A DNA stretch of 64,000 nt. Source: Microcoleus sp. Its GTDB lineage: Bacteria > Cyanobacteriota > Cyanobacteriia > Cyanobacteriales > Microcoleaceae. Where the stretch lies: NCBI GenBank assembly GCA_042408215.1, contig JAYFMW010000022.1:1-64000 (forward strand), given 5' to 3'. Shown here in pieces: positions 47,731-58,651 of the stretch. The translations under genes and the position numbers were made by a program. Position 1 is the stretch's first letter. Each line of letters opens with the position of its first letter. Below the pieces are notes generated by a model. That model saw only the letters and a list, made by a program, of their open reading frames with translations, ran no database searches and was not told where the DNA came from.

Positions 47731-48587
47731 TGGATTTAATTCAGTGGTTTGTGGCACCGTTGCAGCATGAATTTATGGTGAAGGCGATTTTAGTCAGCGC
47801 TTTAGTAGGGCTTGTTTGTTCTGCGCTTTCTTGCTACATGACTTTGAAAGGATGGGCTTTGATGGGCGATGCGGTTTCTCATGCGGTGATGCCGGGAGTT
47901 GTGATTGCTTATGTGTTGAATATTCCTTTGGCTGTGGGGGCGTTTGTGTTTGGGGTGGGTTCGGTAATGGCGATCGGCTTTATCAAAGCGCAAACTCGCG
48001 TTAAAGAAGATACGGTGATTGGTTTAGTGTTTACGGGATTTTTTGCCTTTGGTTTAGTCTTAATTTCTAAAGTCCGAAGTTCGATTGATTTAACGCATAT
48101 TTTGTTTGGTAATGTGTTGGGCATTTCGGATGCTGATATTATTCAAACGGTAATCATTAGTGTCATTACTATCGTGACGCTGGCAATTTTACGCAAAGAT
48201 TTAGTCCTGTTTTGTTTTGATTCGACTCACGCGCGATCGATCGGTTTAAATATCACTTTCCTCTATTATGTGTTGCTGTCTTTGCTATCCCTCACCGCCG
48301 TAGCTGGACTTCAAACTGTGGGCATTATTTTAGTGGTAGCAATGTTGGTGACTCCGGGAGCAACGGCGTATTTATTGAGCGATAACTTTGACCACATGAC
48401 GCTAATTGCGATCGCCACTGGCGTATTTTCTAGCGTCATGGGAACATATATCAGCTACTATATTGATGCTTCGACAGGCGGATGTATTGTGGTGCTGCAA
48501 ACGCTGATGTTTGTGTTGGCGATGATTTTTGCCCCGAAACATGGTTTATTAGTTAGAGCGAGGAATTCAGGGGCGATCGGTGAATAA
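47730..48587 (+). CDS. mntB: Mn ABC transporter permease
   Basis: LMGDAVSHAVMPG, HILFGNVLG. Confidence 0.88.
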   Translation: MDLIQWFVAPLQHEFMVKAILVSALVGLVCSALSCYMTLKGWALMGDAVSHAVMPGVVIAYVLNIPLAVGAFVFGVGSVMAIGFIKAQTRVKEDTVIGLVFTGFFAFGLVLISKVRSSIDLTHILFGNVLGISDADIIQTVIISVITIVTLAILRKDLVLFCFDSTHARSIGLNITFLYYVLLSLLSLTAVAGLQTVGIILVVAMLVTPGATAYLLSDNFDHMTLIAIATGVFSSVMGTYISYYIDASTGGCIVVLQTLMFVLAMIFAPKHGLLVRARNSGAIGE

Positions 48588-48826
48588 ACAGTCCAGGACG
48601 CATTTCAAGGAAATTATGTCATTCTGAAGGTAGCGGATCGAAGTGAAGAATCTCGCCCGATTCAGCGCGCTTACTAGGTTTATCTGAGGATTGCAATCAA
48701 AGCCTTTCCGTAAGTCGTGTAAAGCAGGAATCAATAAATGCGATCGCTGTTATATCCGCCGACTTATTTAAGAATTCGGGGATATATGTATACCGTATTT
48801 GGTATCTAATTACCGCACTTTTCGCC

Positions 48827-49405
48827 TTATTCACTAAACTCAATATTTTCATACAAATCAGCCATCGCAATTTCCACCTGCACAGACGTTAACATCAGCC
48901 GATCGCCAATAACACCATATTCCGAAAAAATCCACTTATTCGCATCAGTCTTAGAGTATTGCTCCACCTGTAGCCGATATTGATCGATTAATAAATATTC
49001 CTGAAAACTAGGAATACTGCGATACGCAGCAAACTTTTCATCTCGATCGTAAGCTTTGGTACTTGTAGACAAAACCTCAGCAATCAGCAGAGGATTAGTA
49101 ATTGTATCCGTCCGTCCCGATTGCAGCTCGATCGGTTTCGCTACCACCATCACATCTGGGTAAGTATAATTATTAAGCTGAGGAACCCAAAGCCGCTGAT
49201 CCGAACTAAAAGTCCGATATGGTTTCCCTTTTAACGCCAGTTTCAGCGCCCCACCTAAATTAAGGGCAATTTCATTGTGATCCGGTGTGCCGCCAGCCAT
49301 CAGAATAATCTCCCCATTGATAAATTCATGCCGATCCAGAGAATTAACTTCAGCTTCCAGGTATTCCTGGGCCGTGTAGGTTTTGGTTTCAACTTGCGCG
49401 ATCAT
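48827..49405 (-). CDS. Uma2 family endonuclease
   Basis: HEFING, YTYPDV, AEVLSTST, EYLLIDQ. Confidence 0.88.
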   Translation of the reverse strand: MIAQVETKTYTAQEYLEAEVNSLDRHEFINGEIILMAGGTPDHNEIALNLGGALKLALKGKPYRTFSSDQRLWVPQLNNYTYPDVMVVAKPIELQSGRTDTITNPLLIAEVLSTSTKAYDRDEKFAAYRSIPSFQEYLLIDQYRLQVEQYSKTDANKWIFSEYGVIGDRLMLTSVQVEIAMADLYENIEFSE

Positions 49406-49722
49406 ACACAACGCTCTCCTTTAATCTACTCATTTCAGTTTATCTTAGAAATCGCTAAAAAACAGGCAAGATGCCTGTTCCACAAAGAGTTTATTTGATT
49501 ATCGCAATTTTTACTATTCTTAGAAACAGGCAAGATGCCTGTTCCACAAAGAATGAATCCGATCGCACTAAAAGCAACTACCGCCATCAACCTTGACAAA
49601 TTCACGTATTTCTGTATAACCATAAACGTCATAATCTTGCACCTCTAATTCTCTGAACAGTAAAGTTTTCAACGAAAAGCTTTCAGAGAGGACAGTCATC
49701 CTCTCTACAAATTGCACTCAAC

Positions 49723-51819
49723 TCAAATATCGGACAATTCATCAAATGTCGAATCAATATCAGTTTTATCAACAACCCCATACTGAGGAAATGGTGAATG
49801 ATTAGGAGACTCCGGCGACTCCACCGAATGCACATTTGCTACTGGTGATTCGGCTACAGGTTCCACAACAACAGACTTAGATTTTTTGACATTAATTACA
49901 GGTGATTGTGCTCCATTATCTCCATTTTTACTGGTTTCATTCCGCAGCAACATTGCCATCAAACCATCCAACAAACCCCCACTACCGCCGTTACCATTGA
50001 CTGTGACATCGGGAACAACGCGAACGCTACCATCTGAAACCGCCTGCATCAATTGCAACAGCGTGTAACTCTGCGTACCGAGAGCGTTGACACCAACTTG
50101 ATAAGCATCGGCTTTTGCTTGTCCCATCAGCCGAATCCCTTCTGCTTCACCATTTGCGTGTTCGATCGCAGCAGTTGCACTCAATTGAGCAATTTTCACC
50201 CCTTGTTCCGCCGCCACCACCTGATTTTGAATATTTGCGATCGCCGTTGCGCGTACCAATTCTTGACGCTGATACTCTGAAATCCGCTGTACTTCGTAGG
50301 TTTTTTCTTGTTCCTGAGCAATTTTGCGATCGGTCAATGTTTGCATCAACTCTGCTGGCGGCGAAATCAAACCGATCAGCGTGTCCACAGCCTGCACATC
50401 ATAGGCTCGTAAGGCTTCACGGACGTGTTCTGCCGCCTCTGCTTGGCGTTCGCTGCGTGCGATCAAAAAGTCGAGAATCGTATATTCTTGAGCCGAATTC
50501 CGAAAGTAATTGCCCACAATTGGACGCAACACTTGGTCGATGAGATTTTGCATCGAACCTTGGCGCGAAATGACTCTCGGTGCATCCAAAGTACCGACAT
50601 GAATGATTTGAAAAATTTCCAACTCAAAGGTAAATCCGTCAAAAGAAAGTAATTTCAGAGCGCTTAATTTTGAGTCGTAGCCATGTTCACCACTGAACCG
50701 CGATGTGAAGTTTAAAACTACATCGGTAGTGGGAACAAGTTCGACTTTCATCACCTTTGTATTGATCGGATGTTTGCCTGGATACAGCGGTTCTACCCAC
50801 ACACCTTTATCGCCTTTGTTGACAAGATTGCCGTGAGTAAAAGCCACGCCACTTACATCTTGGTGCGATCGCCCCACATAGGAAATCACGACGCCGACAT
50901 AGCCGATCGGCACTTCGGTCATTGTCACCTGTTCAACTTGCACAAACCAGGGATTCAGGTTCCAAGAACCAGAGAGAATCACCTGTTCTTGCAAGCCCCT
51001 GCGCCCGCCACCCTTGATGAAAGATTGCGCTTTTTGGAAGTTGTCGTGACCGGGAATTATCGGCCCAGCGATTTCACCTTCATCGATCGGAATCCCGTCT
51101 AGGACGTTGGCAATTCCCACGCGATCGGGAGCAAGTTTGTAGAGTTGAAAATCCGCTGGTTTCATACCTTTTGCAGCAGCATTGGCTGAAGTAATCACCT
51201 CAAATACAGCAGTATTGATCCGATAAGTACCAGTGGTGATGATGGCGAGTTGCCGTCCTTTTTCGCCACCGTCGGTGAGGAATTTGCGGGCATTTTGAAA
51301 GTTGTCGCAATCGACGACTTTGCCTAAAATGCGATCGGAAGGAATGGTGGCTCCATCATTGGCAATAATCAAACCAATTTCATCTTGAGGAACAACTACA
51401 ACTGGTTCTTTGCGAACGCTATATTGCCAGGGAAAATAACCAAAATGCCAGCCGGGAGGCAGGGTATCTGCTTGCAAACCTCCTTCGCCATCGAGTGCAA
51501 TCAATCTACTGGATGGCAAATTTTTACTGGAGAATTTTTTGACTACAATTCCCACTTCTCTTTCGCCGATCGCAATTAATCCCAAAGTCCAACCAATCTT
51601 GGGTATAAATATCAAAACTAGGAACATTGCGCCTACCGGATAGATCCAAATCGGGATGCTGAAGCCTTCTGCTTGGGCTGGTTGGACTTTTTGGGGTTGG
51701 GGAGGTGGCGATTTGACTTGAGCTGAAGTTGGTGGTGCGATCGCGCCTGCTAGTGCGATCGTGGTTGCGAAAGATACTGCAAAGGGTAAAAGCTTGCGAA
51801 GCCAACGTGATTTAGTCAT
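49723..51819 (-). CDS. SPFH/flotillin-like protein
   Basis: TM segment, repeated GEGGLQ..LPPG units, IVGNYFRNSAQ, coiled coil; start uncertain. Confidence 0.8.
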   Translation of the reverse strand: MTKSRWLRKLLPFAVSFATTIALAGAIAPPTSAQVKSPPPQPQKVQPAQAEGFSIPIWIYPVGAMFLVLIFIPKIGWTLGLIAIGEREVGIVVKKFSSKNLPSSRLIALDGEGGLQADTLPPGWHFGYFPWQYSVRKEPVVVVPQDEIGLIIANDGATIPSDRILGKVVDCDNFQNARKFLTDGGEKGRQLAIITTGTYRINTAVFEVITSANAAAKGMKPADFQLYKLAPDRVGIANVLDGIPIDEGEIAGPIIPGHDNFQKAQSFIKGGGRRGLQEQVILSGSWNLNPWFVQVEQVTMTEVPIGYVGVVISYVGRSHQDVSGVAFTHGNLVNKGDKGVWVEPLYPGKHPINTKVMKVELVPTTDVVLNFTSRFSGEHGYDSKLSALKLLSFDGFTFELEIFQIIHVGTLDAPRVISRQGSMQNLIDQVLRPIVGNYFRNSAQEYTILDFLIARSERQAEAAEHVREALRAYDVQAVDTLIGLISPPAELMQTLTDRKIAQEQEKTYEVQRISEYQRQELVRATAIANIQNQVVAAEQGVKIAQLSATAAIEHANGEAEGIRLMGQAKADAYQVGVNALGTQSYTLLQLMQAVSDGSVRVVPDVTVNGNGGSGGLLDGLMAMLLRNETSKNGDNGAQSPVINVKKSKSVVVEPVAESPVANVHSVESPESPNHSPFPQYGVVDKTDIDSTFDELSDI

Positions 51820-51995
51820 AGTTTTCAATCTGTTTAAAGCTGAAACTTACGGGAAATTTGTTTACTACAATCAGTATGCAACAGATTTCTTTTGATGTCA
51901 ATTCATTAAATTTATTAATTATGTTCATAAAAGTCATATTTTGAATATGATTTTGTAGGGAGTGCGATCGGTTTATCTCAAAACCAAGCAAATTC

Positions 51996-52110
51996 GGAGA
52001 CGGCAATGCCGTTTCCCTACCCGATTATTTGTAGGAAAACGGCACTGCCGTCTCCTAATTTCTTTTCTACCCAAAATCATATTGTAGGGACACGGCACTG
52101 CCGTCTCCTA
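51996..52110. repeat. Three REP-like GTAG..ACGGCA(a/c)TGCCGT units
   Basis: gtagggacacggcactgccgtctcc and variants. Confidence 0.7.
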
Positions 52111-52912
52111 ATTTCTTTGAAATACCACACTTAACAGGGTTAAAACCGTGCAACCAAACAGAGCTTCTAATGTATATCTTCGCGAAGGTTTGTAAGGGTA
52201 AGAATGCCAAACACGCAGTTCTCCGTTAAAGCCGCGCGATGCTAAACTCAACGAAACTTGACGGTAATTTACCAAAGTTCGCTGAAGCAATTGCCCGATT
52301 AAAATGCCTAAACTACGCATTCCTAATTTCCAAGTGCGATAGCCACAGCGCGAGTTTTGTGCTATCCAAAGTTCATCGGCGATCGCCAATAAGCTAAAAA
52401 TGAAGCGATACATCAACAACAGCAATTCTGTCAACAACGGCGGAAAGCGTAATTGTCTGAGAATTTGCAAGATTTCTGTAAATGGAATCGTCAAGAGGAT
52501 GAAATACATACAACTTGTCGAAGCCAAGGTGCGGGTGAATAACAAACTCACTTGGTATAATCCAGTGCGACTCACATACAGATAAAAATTGCCGATGCTA
52601 ATCCCCCAACCTTGCCAAATATCCCACTGAATTGCCTGGATTTGATTTAACTGAATTCCACCGATCGCCAAAGCAGGCAAACTTGTCAGCAAAAACACTC
52701 AACGGGAGTGACAACAACCGCAGATAAAGTTTCCCAGGAATCCCTGCATAGATGACGATCCAGACTGCTAACCAAAGGGCGATCGACAATTGGACGATCG
52801 CCCCAGAAACCAGAGAAAGAATTAATAGGGCGATCGCAAACGATAATTTATGAGTTGGCGGCAACCCGCGCAAACGATTAGTGTAAGCCAGACTATCAAT
52901 CTGATGATTCAT
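52108..52912 (-). pseudogene. cbiQ: Cobalt ECF T component CbiQ with a frameshift at ~52696 (or a sequencing error)
   Basis: MNHQIDSLAYTNRL..LPLS continues in another frame as FLLTSLP..LMYRFIF..SRGFNG. Confidence 0.8.
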
Positions 52913-53009
52913 TCCAAAGTCTTCCAGTCCGCGCAGGCGGACTTTGTATGTGTAGAAGCGAATTCTATTCGCCGTTTATTCGCCCTGTATTCGCGATTTA
53001 TTCCGACGA

Positions 53010-53330
53010 TTAATCATCAGATTTCTGAGATTGCGATCGTCCTTTATAAAGCCCGATCGCATATCCAACCACACCAGCCCCCAGCGCCGCTTGAGTCGCA
53101 AATAAAAGACTCGCAACTTCTCCACTAGCAGGCTCAAACAAATGATTGAACCAAGGTTTATAGCCCGGTTGAATTTCCGTAATTGCCTTCTGTGCTTCCC
53201 CATCCGCCCCGCCGTATTCACCCCGCACAAAAACTAGCGGCATAATGGCTAGTGCAACAACTCCAATTACTAACAGCCAATTTTGTTGTGAAGTAGCTTG
53301 CTGATTGCTAGTAGGTTTTCGATTCATCAC
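53010..53330 (-). CDS. cbiN: Cobalt ECF component CbiN
   Basis: GGADGEA, YKPWF..EPASGEVASLLFATQAALGAG. Confidence 0.9.
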   Translation of the reverse strand: MMNRKPTSNQQATSQQNWLLVIGVVALAIMPLVFVRGEYGGADGEAQKAITEIQPGYKPWFNHLFEPASGEVASLLFATQAALGAGVVGYAIGLYKGRSQSQKSDD

Positions 53331-54092
53331 TTAAGACTCCTGTTTCAATAATTTCAGAATTTCCAACTCTGGTTGCCCGTAAGAATGCAGCCAATTCCAC
53401 ACCAATAAAGTCAGCAATCCCTCACTAATAGCCAGGGGTACTTGAGTAATCGCAAAGATGCCAGCAAACTTAAGAAACGAAGCCATAAAACCGCCACTCG
53501 CAGCCGGAAAAGCTAACGCCAACTGCATCGAAGTAACCACATAAGTCAGCAAATCAGCCAAAGCCGCCGCACAAAAAATTGCCGCCCGTTGGTTGCCAGT
53601 TCGCATCAGCAATTGATAGATAAAATACGCAGCAAACGGGCCAACAATCGCCATCGAAAACATATTAGCTCCCAGCGTTGTCAGCCCGCCGTGGGCCAAC
53701 AAAACCGCTTGAAAAAGCAGCACTAAAGCGCCGAGTACAGCCATCACCGAAGGGCCAAACAAAATCGCACCCAAACCCGTACCCGTCGGGTGAGAACAAC
53801 TCCCCGTTACCGAAGGAATCTTCAAAGCAGAAAGCACAAAAGTAAACGCACCGGATAAAGCTAGTAATAGTTTAAGTTCCGGGTGTTCTTTGGTAATTCG
53901 GGCGATCGATCGCAAACCTAGCACAAAAAAAGGCAACGCCACAATCCACCAAAAAACAGCCCATTGCACCGGCAAAAAACCTTCAGAAATGTGCATAGCT
54001 GCGGCCGGTGTTGCCGAGCCCAAAACAAGATAACAACTCAAGCCAGCCATCAATCCCAGACTGACCAATTTTCGATTTCTCGCCTTCATCAA
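53331..54092 (-). CDS. cbiM: Cobalt ECF S component CbiM
   Basis: Leader then [28 protein letters not shown]. Confidence 0.93.
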   Translation of the reverse strand: MMKARNRKLVSLGLMAGLSCYLVLGSATPAAAMHISEGFLPVQWAVFWWIVALPFFVLGLRSIARITKEHPELKLLLALSGAFTFVLSALKIPSVTGSCSHPTGTGLGAILFGPSVMAVLGALVLLFQAVLLAHGGLTTLGANMFSMAIVGPFAAYFIYQLLMRTGNQRAAIFCAAALADLLTYVVTSMQLALAFPAASGGFMASFLKFAGIFAITQVPLAISEGLLTLLVWNWLHSYGQPELEILKLLKQES

Positions 54093-54126
54093 GTACCTCG
54101 CCTCTGGAGACTATTTAAACCAACAC

Positions 54127-54247
54127 ATCGGCGGGCATCCTGACTCAGAAAGCAACAAAACTTTCATTACAGTTGCGGGACAGCGTTGGACTTGCACCAA
54201 ACTTTCCCCATTTCCTCTAAGGGCTGCTCCCCATTAGAACCGAATTG
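54127..54247 (-). ncRNA. Cobalamin riboswitch upstream of cbiM
   Basis: Minus strand gggaaagtttggtgcaagtccaacgctgtcccgcaactgt..gagtcaggatgcccgcc. Confidence 0.93.
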
Positions 54248-54383
54248 TTAGATTTAGTATAGTCGATCGCGCAAATCTCAGCAGATTTTTTACAAAAATT
54301 ATTTCAGATTAACCAAGTCAAAATTACCTATCATCTTCTCTTCTCTTTTCTTCCTTCGCGTCCTTCGCGTCTTCGCGGTTCGT

Positions 54384-54455
54384 TCAATAAATATTATTAC
54401 TGTCATTTATTCCCGCAAACGCTTTACGGAATTGGGCGGTAGTACGTGACTTCAC
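54384..54455 (-). pseudogene. Truncated RelE/ParE-like toxin
   Basis: GTG overlaps the upstream TGA; MKSRTTAQFRKAFA then unrelated sequence and a stop. Confidence 0.55.
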
Positions 54456-54670
54456 AATGTTTCTGGATCTAACTCTTGGGTTTTACCTGCGCGATACTCA
54501 GCCATTGCCTCGGTTGCAAGCTTAGCAAGGAAATCTTGGGACTTTGCAAAAGTCACATCCCATTGAACTTCATCTTCAAGTTCTGCCAAAATCATTGCTG
54601 CGATCGTGTCCTGCTCACTGGCTGGCAGGGTTTTCAATCGGGCGATTGCCCGTTCAAGTAATTCGGTCAT
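54452..54670 (-). CDS. Putative type II antitoxin
   Basis: MTELLERAI..LPASEQD.IAAMIL.ELEDE..WD..FAKSQD.L. Confidence 0.65.
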   Translation of the reverse strand: MTELLERAIARLKTLPASEQDTIAAMILAELEDEVQWDVTFAKSQDFLAKLATEAMAEYRAGKTQELDPETL

Positions 54671-54783
54671 CGTTACTGTACTCCTATCAAAGAGATACTA
54701 ATCATTGTAGTTTGTGGGGAGACAAAAAATCATCATCAAACCAGTAAATGTTATAATATTAGTAAGTTTTGAGGAAAGCCGCA

Positions 54784-55503
54784 ATGTTAAAGTACAACTT
54801 GCCGAGGAACTTGCCCTCAGCCGACGAACTACCAGACTCGGACGAAACGCCTGTGGATAACGAACTGCAAGAACTAATACCAGGGTTACTAAAAGCAATC
54901 TTGCTGATACTTTGGTCAGAACGGATGGACTGGTTATTTGGCATAGATATGGGTATTTATCATCACCCAGACGAACCAGCCATTGTCCCAGATGCTTTCT
55001 TAAGTTTAGGAGTAGAACGGTTTTACGACGAAGAATTGCGTCCCAGTTACGTGCTGTGGGATGAAAATGTCATGCCACTTTTCGTCCTAGAAGTTGTTTC
55101 CCCAACTTATCGCAAGGAATACAGCACAAAATTAGAAACTTATCAAGATTTAGGCGTACTTTATTACGTCATTTATTCTTCCCGTCGCCGTCGTAAACCT
55201 CATTTGGAAGTACACAAGTTAGTCAATGGGAAGTACGAGTTACAGTCAGGAAATCCTGTTTGGATGCCAGAAATAGGTTTGGGAATTGGTTGTGAAAGGG
55301 GAAACTATTCTGGGGTGACAAGAGAGTGGTTGTATTGGTATGATGCCGATGGCAAACGCTATCTGACACCTGAAGAACAGGTGAAACAATCAGCGCAACT
55401 TGTCCAACAGGAATTACAACGTGCCGAACAATTAAGTCGGCGCGCCGAACAATTAGCTCAACGATTGCGAGAGTTGGGAGTAGATCCTGATAATCTCAAC
55501 TAA
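54784..55503 (+). CDS. Uma2 family endonuclease
   Basis: LPDSDETPVDNELQ, VPDAF, LEVVS, WLYWYD. Confidence 0.88.
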   Translation: MLKYNLPRNLPSADELPDSDETPVDNELQELIPGLLKAILLILWSERMDWLFGIDMGIYHHPDEPAIVPDAFLSLGVERFYDEELRPSYVLWDENVMPLFVLEVVSPTYRKEYSTKLETYQDLGVLYYVIYSSRRRRKPHLEVHKLVNGKYELQSGNPVWMPEIGLGIGCERGNYSGVTREWLYWYDADGKRYLTPEEQVKQSAQLVQQELQRAEQLSRRAEQLAQRLRELGVDPDNLN

Positions 55504-55514
55504 TTGCTTTAGTA

Positions 55515-55916
55515 GTAGGGTGCGTCAGTCGAGTTATTTGTACTCTTACAGCGGAAACCGCTGTTATGAGGTACACCCACTTATCGTTCAATCCTCGTAG
55601 GGACACTCAAGCGTGCCCATTGGTGTCAACTTAAGCCTGAAACCCTTGGTATCTCTCGCTTTTACCTAAGTCTAGATCCCCCTAAATCCCCCTTAAGAAG
55701 GGGAGTAGGGGTTGACTTTGATCGAACTCTTATCCCCCCCTTCTTAAGGGGGAGTAGGGGGCAAGAATGCGGGGGGATCTAGGCTTAATGGTCAAACAGC
55801 AATCTGTGACTGGGTTTAACGTTAAGTTGACACCTATGGGCTCCTGGAGTGTCCCTACCGTGTTTCATAACAGCGGGAACTGCTGTATAAATAATCAGAA
55901 AACTGACGCACCTTAC
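55515..55916. mobile_element. Four-level nested REP/MITE composite
   Basis: REP 55515-55916 contains MITE 55547-55887, which contains MITE 55616-55840, which contains a gatcccc repeat. Confidence 0.8.
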
Positions 55917-56016
55917 TTTCAATGGTAGGGTGCGTCAGTTCGCGTTATTTGCACTCTCCGATAGAGAATCTACTCTCCTGACGCACCTTACAATTTTCAA
56001 TGTGCGTCAGTCATAT

Positions 56017-58146
56017 TTATTTCTGCGGGCACTTTGGATGAAAGCCACCCTGCAAACAAATATAAGCAATTTGACTTTTATCTAAATTCTTAGCCTCGGC
56101 AAAATTAACTCCTTGCAATCTACCAGACTTAGCACTGGGGGGACTTTGAATAAACTGATCCGAAGTCTCCTTCCCCACAAACACTGCGCCTTTAAAATTT
56201 GCTCCCGCTACATTCGCGCCCCTAAAATCAGCGGAACTCACGTCAGCATTCCGCAAGTTAGCATCTTGCAATTTCGTATCTCTGAAATTTGCGTTTGCGA
56301 GTTTAGTTGAACTCAAATCAGCTTTTTGCAAGTTCGCGCCGTTCAAATCCGCACCGGATAAATCCGCACCTTGCCATTCCGATTTCTCCAAATTTGTCAA
56401 GGGCAATTGAGCGCCTTGAGCCTTGACTTTTCGCAAACGCGCACCTGACAAATTCGCTCCCGAAAAATTTGCGCTCCCTATATCTGCACCGGTAAAACTT
56501 GCATCTTTTAACATTGCTTGCTGCAAATTTGCCCCAATTAAAATAGCACTGCTAAAATTAGCTGAGTTCAAATTTCCGTTGGAAAAATTAGCTTTGTTCA
56601 AGACAGCGCGCACAAAAGTAGTGCGATTCATTACAGCACTATTCAAAAATGCTCCTGTCAAATTTGCCCCTTCAAAATTAGCTCCGCTCAAGTCAGAAAT
56701 CCAATCGTCAAATGTACCAGGTCGCCTGTCTTCCCCGGTTCCGTAAAAGCGAGTTCCCGGCAAGTTGGCATTAGTTAAATTGGTGTTTTTTAGCTTAATT
56801 CCTGACAAGTCAACTTTGTCTAATACTAATGTAAACTGAGCTGGGCCGGAAGCGTTTTGAGCTAAATCCGTGCGACTTAAATCGACGCCGTTTAATTGGC
56901 TGCTATACACTGTGAGAATTTTGCCGATCGCCCTTTGTACTGTTCGCTGGCGCACCGCCGCTAAGTCACGTTCCGGGGCCTTACCCCCGTAGCGCAGGGA
57001 ATCGAGGTCATTGCGAAGAGCTTGGTTCAATCGCTGCAAATAAGGCAAAGATGAAGGCCCGGTACTGACTAAAGCTTGCTGGATCGCATCGAGCATCGTG
57101 CGGCTTTCTTCTTGGGCGAGCAAATCGGCTAGCAGCGGTACGGCGCGGGAGTCTTCCACCGTTCCCAAGGCCAAAATTGCCGATCGCCGCCCCGCTGTCC
57201 CGTTAGCTGAATTGGGAGACAATTTGTTGACTAAAGCTAAAAATACTTCGTCGTTGCGCTGCCGGGAATCCCGCAAATTTGCTTGACTTTGAATGTAGAT
57301 TTGAGTGCCGACAAACAGAGTGAAAATCAATCCCGCACTGCCGATTGTCCCGATCGCTAAAGTCGCCCCCGGATGTTGGCGAATCCAATTCCACAAACTG
57401 TGATTTTCTGTGGTGTGTGTTTCGGTAGTCAAAACCAAAGCAGCAATCTGCGCGTCTTCCTCAGTCCAATCTTGACTCTTCACCGGATTGGTAGATAATT
57501 CCTGCGATCGAGCATTGACGACCAAAGTATTCGCGAGGCGATCGTGTCCAGTTTGCCCCTTGTAGCGCAAAGCAAAAGCCCCGTCTGCGAGCATTGCCAA
57601 GCCGCTCAACCCCCCTAAAATGATCAAATCAGGAAATGCACCCGATAAGCGCCAAACGCCGTAAGCGAGGCCCAGAGGCACTCCCCAGCGCCCGAAACTT
57701 TCCCGAATTAGCACTCGCCCAAAACCCGGAGGAGTACCCGACGCTTTGACAACTTTGATGCCAAACCAGCGTTTAGGCAGAGTTTGACCGGTTCGGGCGA
57801 GCAAATATAGTTGCCACCCCGCTAAAACTGCCGGTGCGATTATACCGGCTGACCAGAATAGATTAGTTAGGGGTGCGACTCTGGGGTTGCGATCGCGCAC
57901 AGGTATGCCTAAAGTACGCGAAACGGTTTCAGATGCTGCTGCTACTGAGGAGTTGAGTGGCACGGTTTGAGCTTCCTTGTTGACCAATGCCCCGATACTA
58001 AAGGGAACGAGGGCACTAGCCGCCACTAATGAAATTTCAACTACCCAAGCGCCACACCTGCGAACCAGCAGTGGCATTTGCTTGGATTGTACCAGCCAAG
58101 AGGGATCGGGTTGATTAATGCCACTAGGCGCGGTTGGGCTAGTCAT
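56017..58146 (-). CDS. hglK: RDD + HEAT-like + pentapeptide repeat membrane protein (HglK-like)
   Basis: RDD motifs GQTLPKRWFGIKVV and HDRLANT; long pentapeptide C-terminus. Confidence 0.7.
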   Translation of the reverse strand: MTSPTAPSGINQPDPSWLVQSKQMPLLVRRCGAWVVEISLVAASALVPFSIGALVNKEAQTVPLNSSVAAASETVSRTLGIPVRDRNPRVAPLTNLFWSAGIIAPAVLAGWQLYLLARTGQTLPKRWFGIKVVKASGTPPGFGRVLIRESFGRWGVPLGLAYGVWRLSGAFPDLIILGGLSGLAMLADGAFALRYKGQTGHDRLANTLVVNARSQELSTNPVKSQDWTEEDAQIAALVLTTETHTTENHSLWNWIRQHPGATLAIGTIGSAGLIFTLFVGTQIYIQSQANLRDSRQRNDEVFLALVNKLSPNSANGTAGRRSAILALGTVEDSRAVPLLADLLAQEESRTMLDAIQQALVSTGPSSLPYLQRLNQALRNDLDSLRYGGKAPERDLAAVRQRTVQRAIGKILTVYSSQLNGVDLSRTDLAQNASGPAQFTLVLDKVDLSGIKLKNTNLTNANLPGTRFYGTGEDRRPGTFDDWISDLSGANFEGANLTGAFLNSAVMNRTTFVRAVLNKANFSNGNLNSANFSSAILIGANLQQAMLKDASFTGADIGSANFSGANLSGARLRKVKAQGAQLPLTNLEKSEWQGADLSGADLNGANLQKADLSSTKLANANFRDTKLQDANLRNADVSSADFRGANVAGANFKGAVFVGKETSDQFIQSPPSAKSGRLQGVNFAEAKNLDKSQIAYICLQGGFHPKCPQK

Positions 58147-58161
58147 ATTTAGAATTTCCTA

Positions 58162-58488
58162 TTACTTATCGTTATTATTGGAGGACTGGGGAGAAATTGC
58201 CAACTTATACGCTATGTAGATTAGCACTCCGAGAACGGCAAGAGTAATCAGGGCAGAAATTAGCTGTACAACGGTATTGAAGACTGTCAGGACAATTATC
58301 GCCCCGATGGCAAAGACTGCAACTTGACCCGGTTTGGGGAGGCTTTGAAATTTGTTCAGAAATTGATTGTAGAAGGTTTGGGCGGCTGGGTAGTTGTCTA
58401 AATTCATTTTCATTAGTGGCGATCGCTCTAGTTTAGCTTTTAGTTCTCCGAATGCTTCCTGCCAATTGAAATTATTTTGATAATTCAT
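58162..58488 (-). CDS. Small membrane protein
   Basis: Two hydrophobic segments; co-oriented with the hglK-like gene. Confidence 0.7.
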   Translation of the reverse strand: MNYQNNFNWQEAFGELKAKLERSPLMKMNLDNYPAAQTFYNQFLNKFQSLPKPGQVAVFAIGAIIVLTVFNTVVQLISALITLAVLGVLIYIAYKLAISPQSSNNNDK

Positions 58489-58651
58489 AAAAAAATTTGC
58501 GAGTTACTGGAGCTGTAAGTTGGTCTTTCTAGGACGGTCACATTTATAACAGTCACATTACCCTGTTCGCAACCGCCGATTATCTTCTACTGTCAAAGAA
58601 GTGGAACTTTCCGCCATTGTGTTCGGAAACATCAGCTTAATCAGGATAAAT

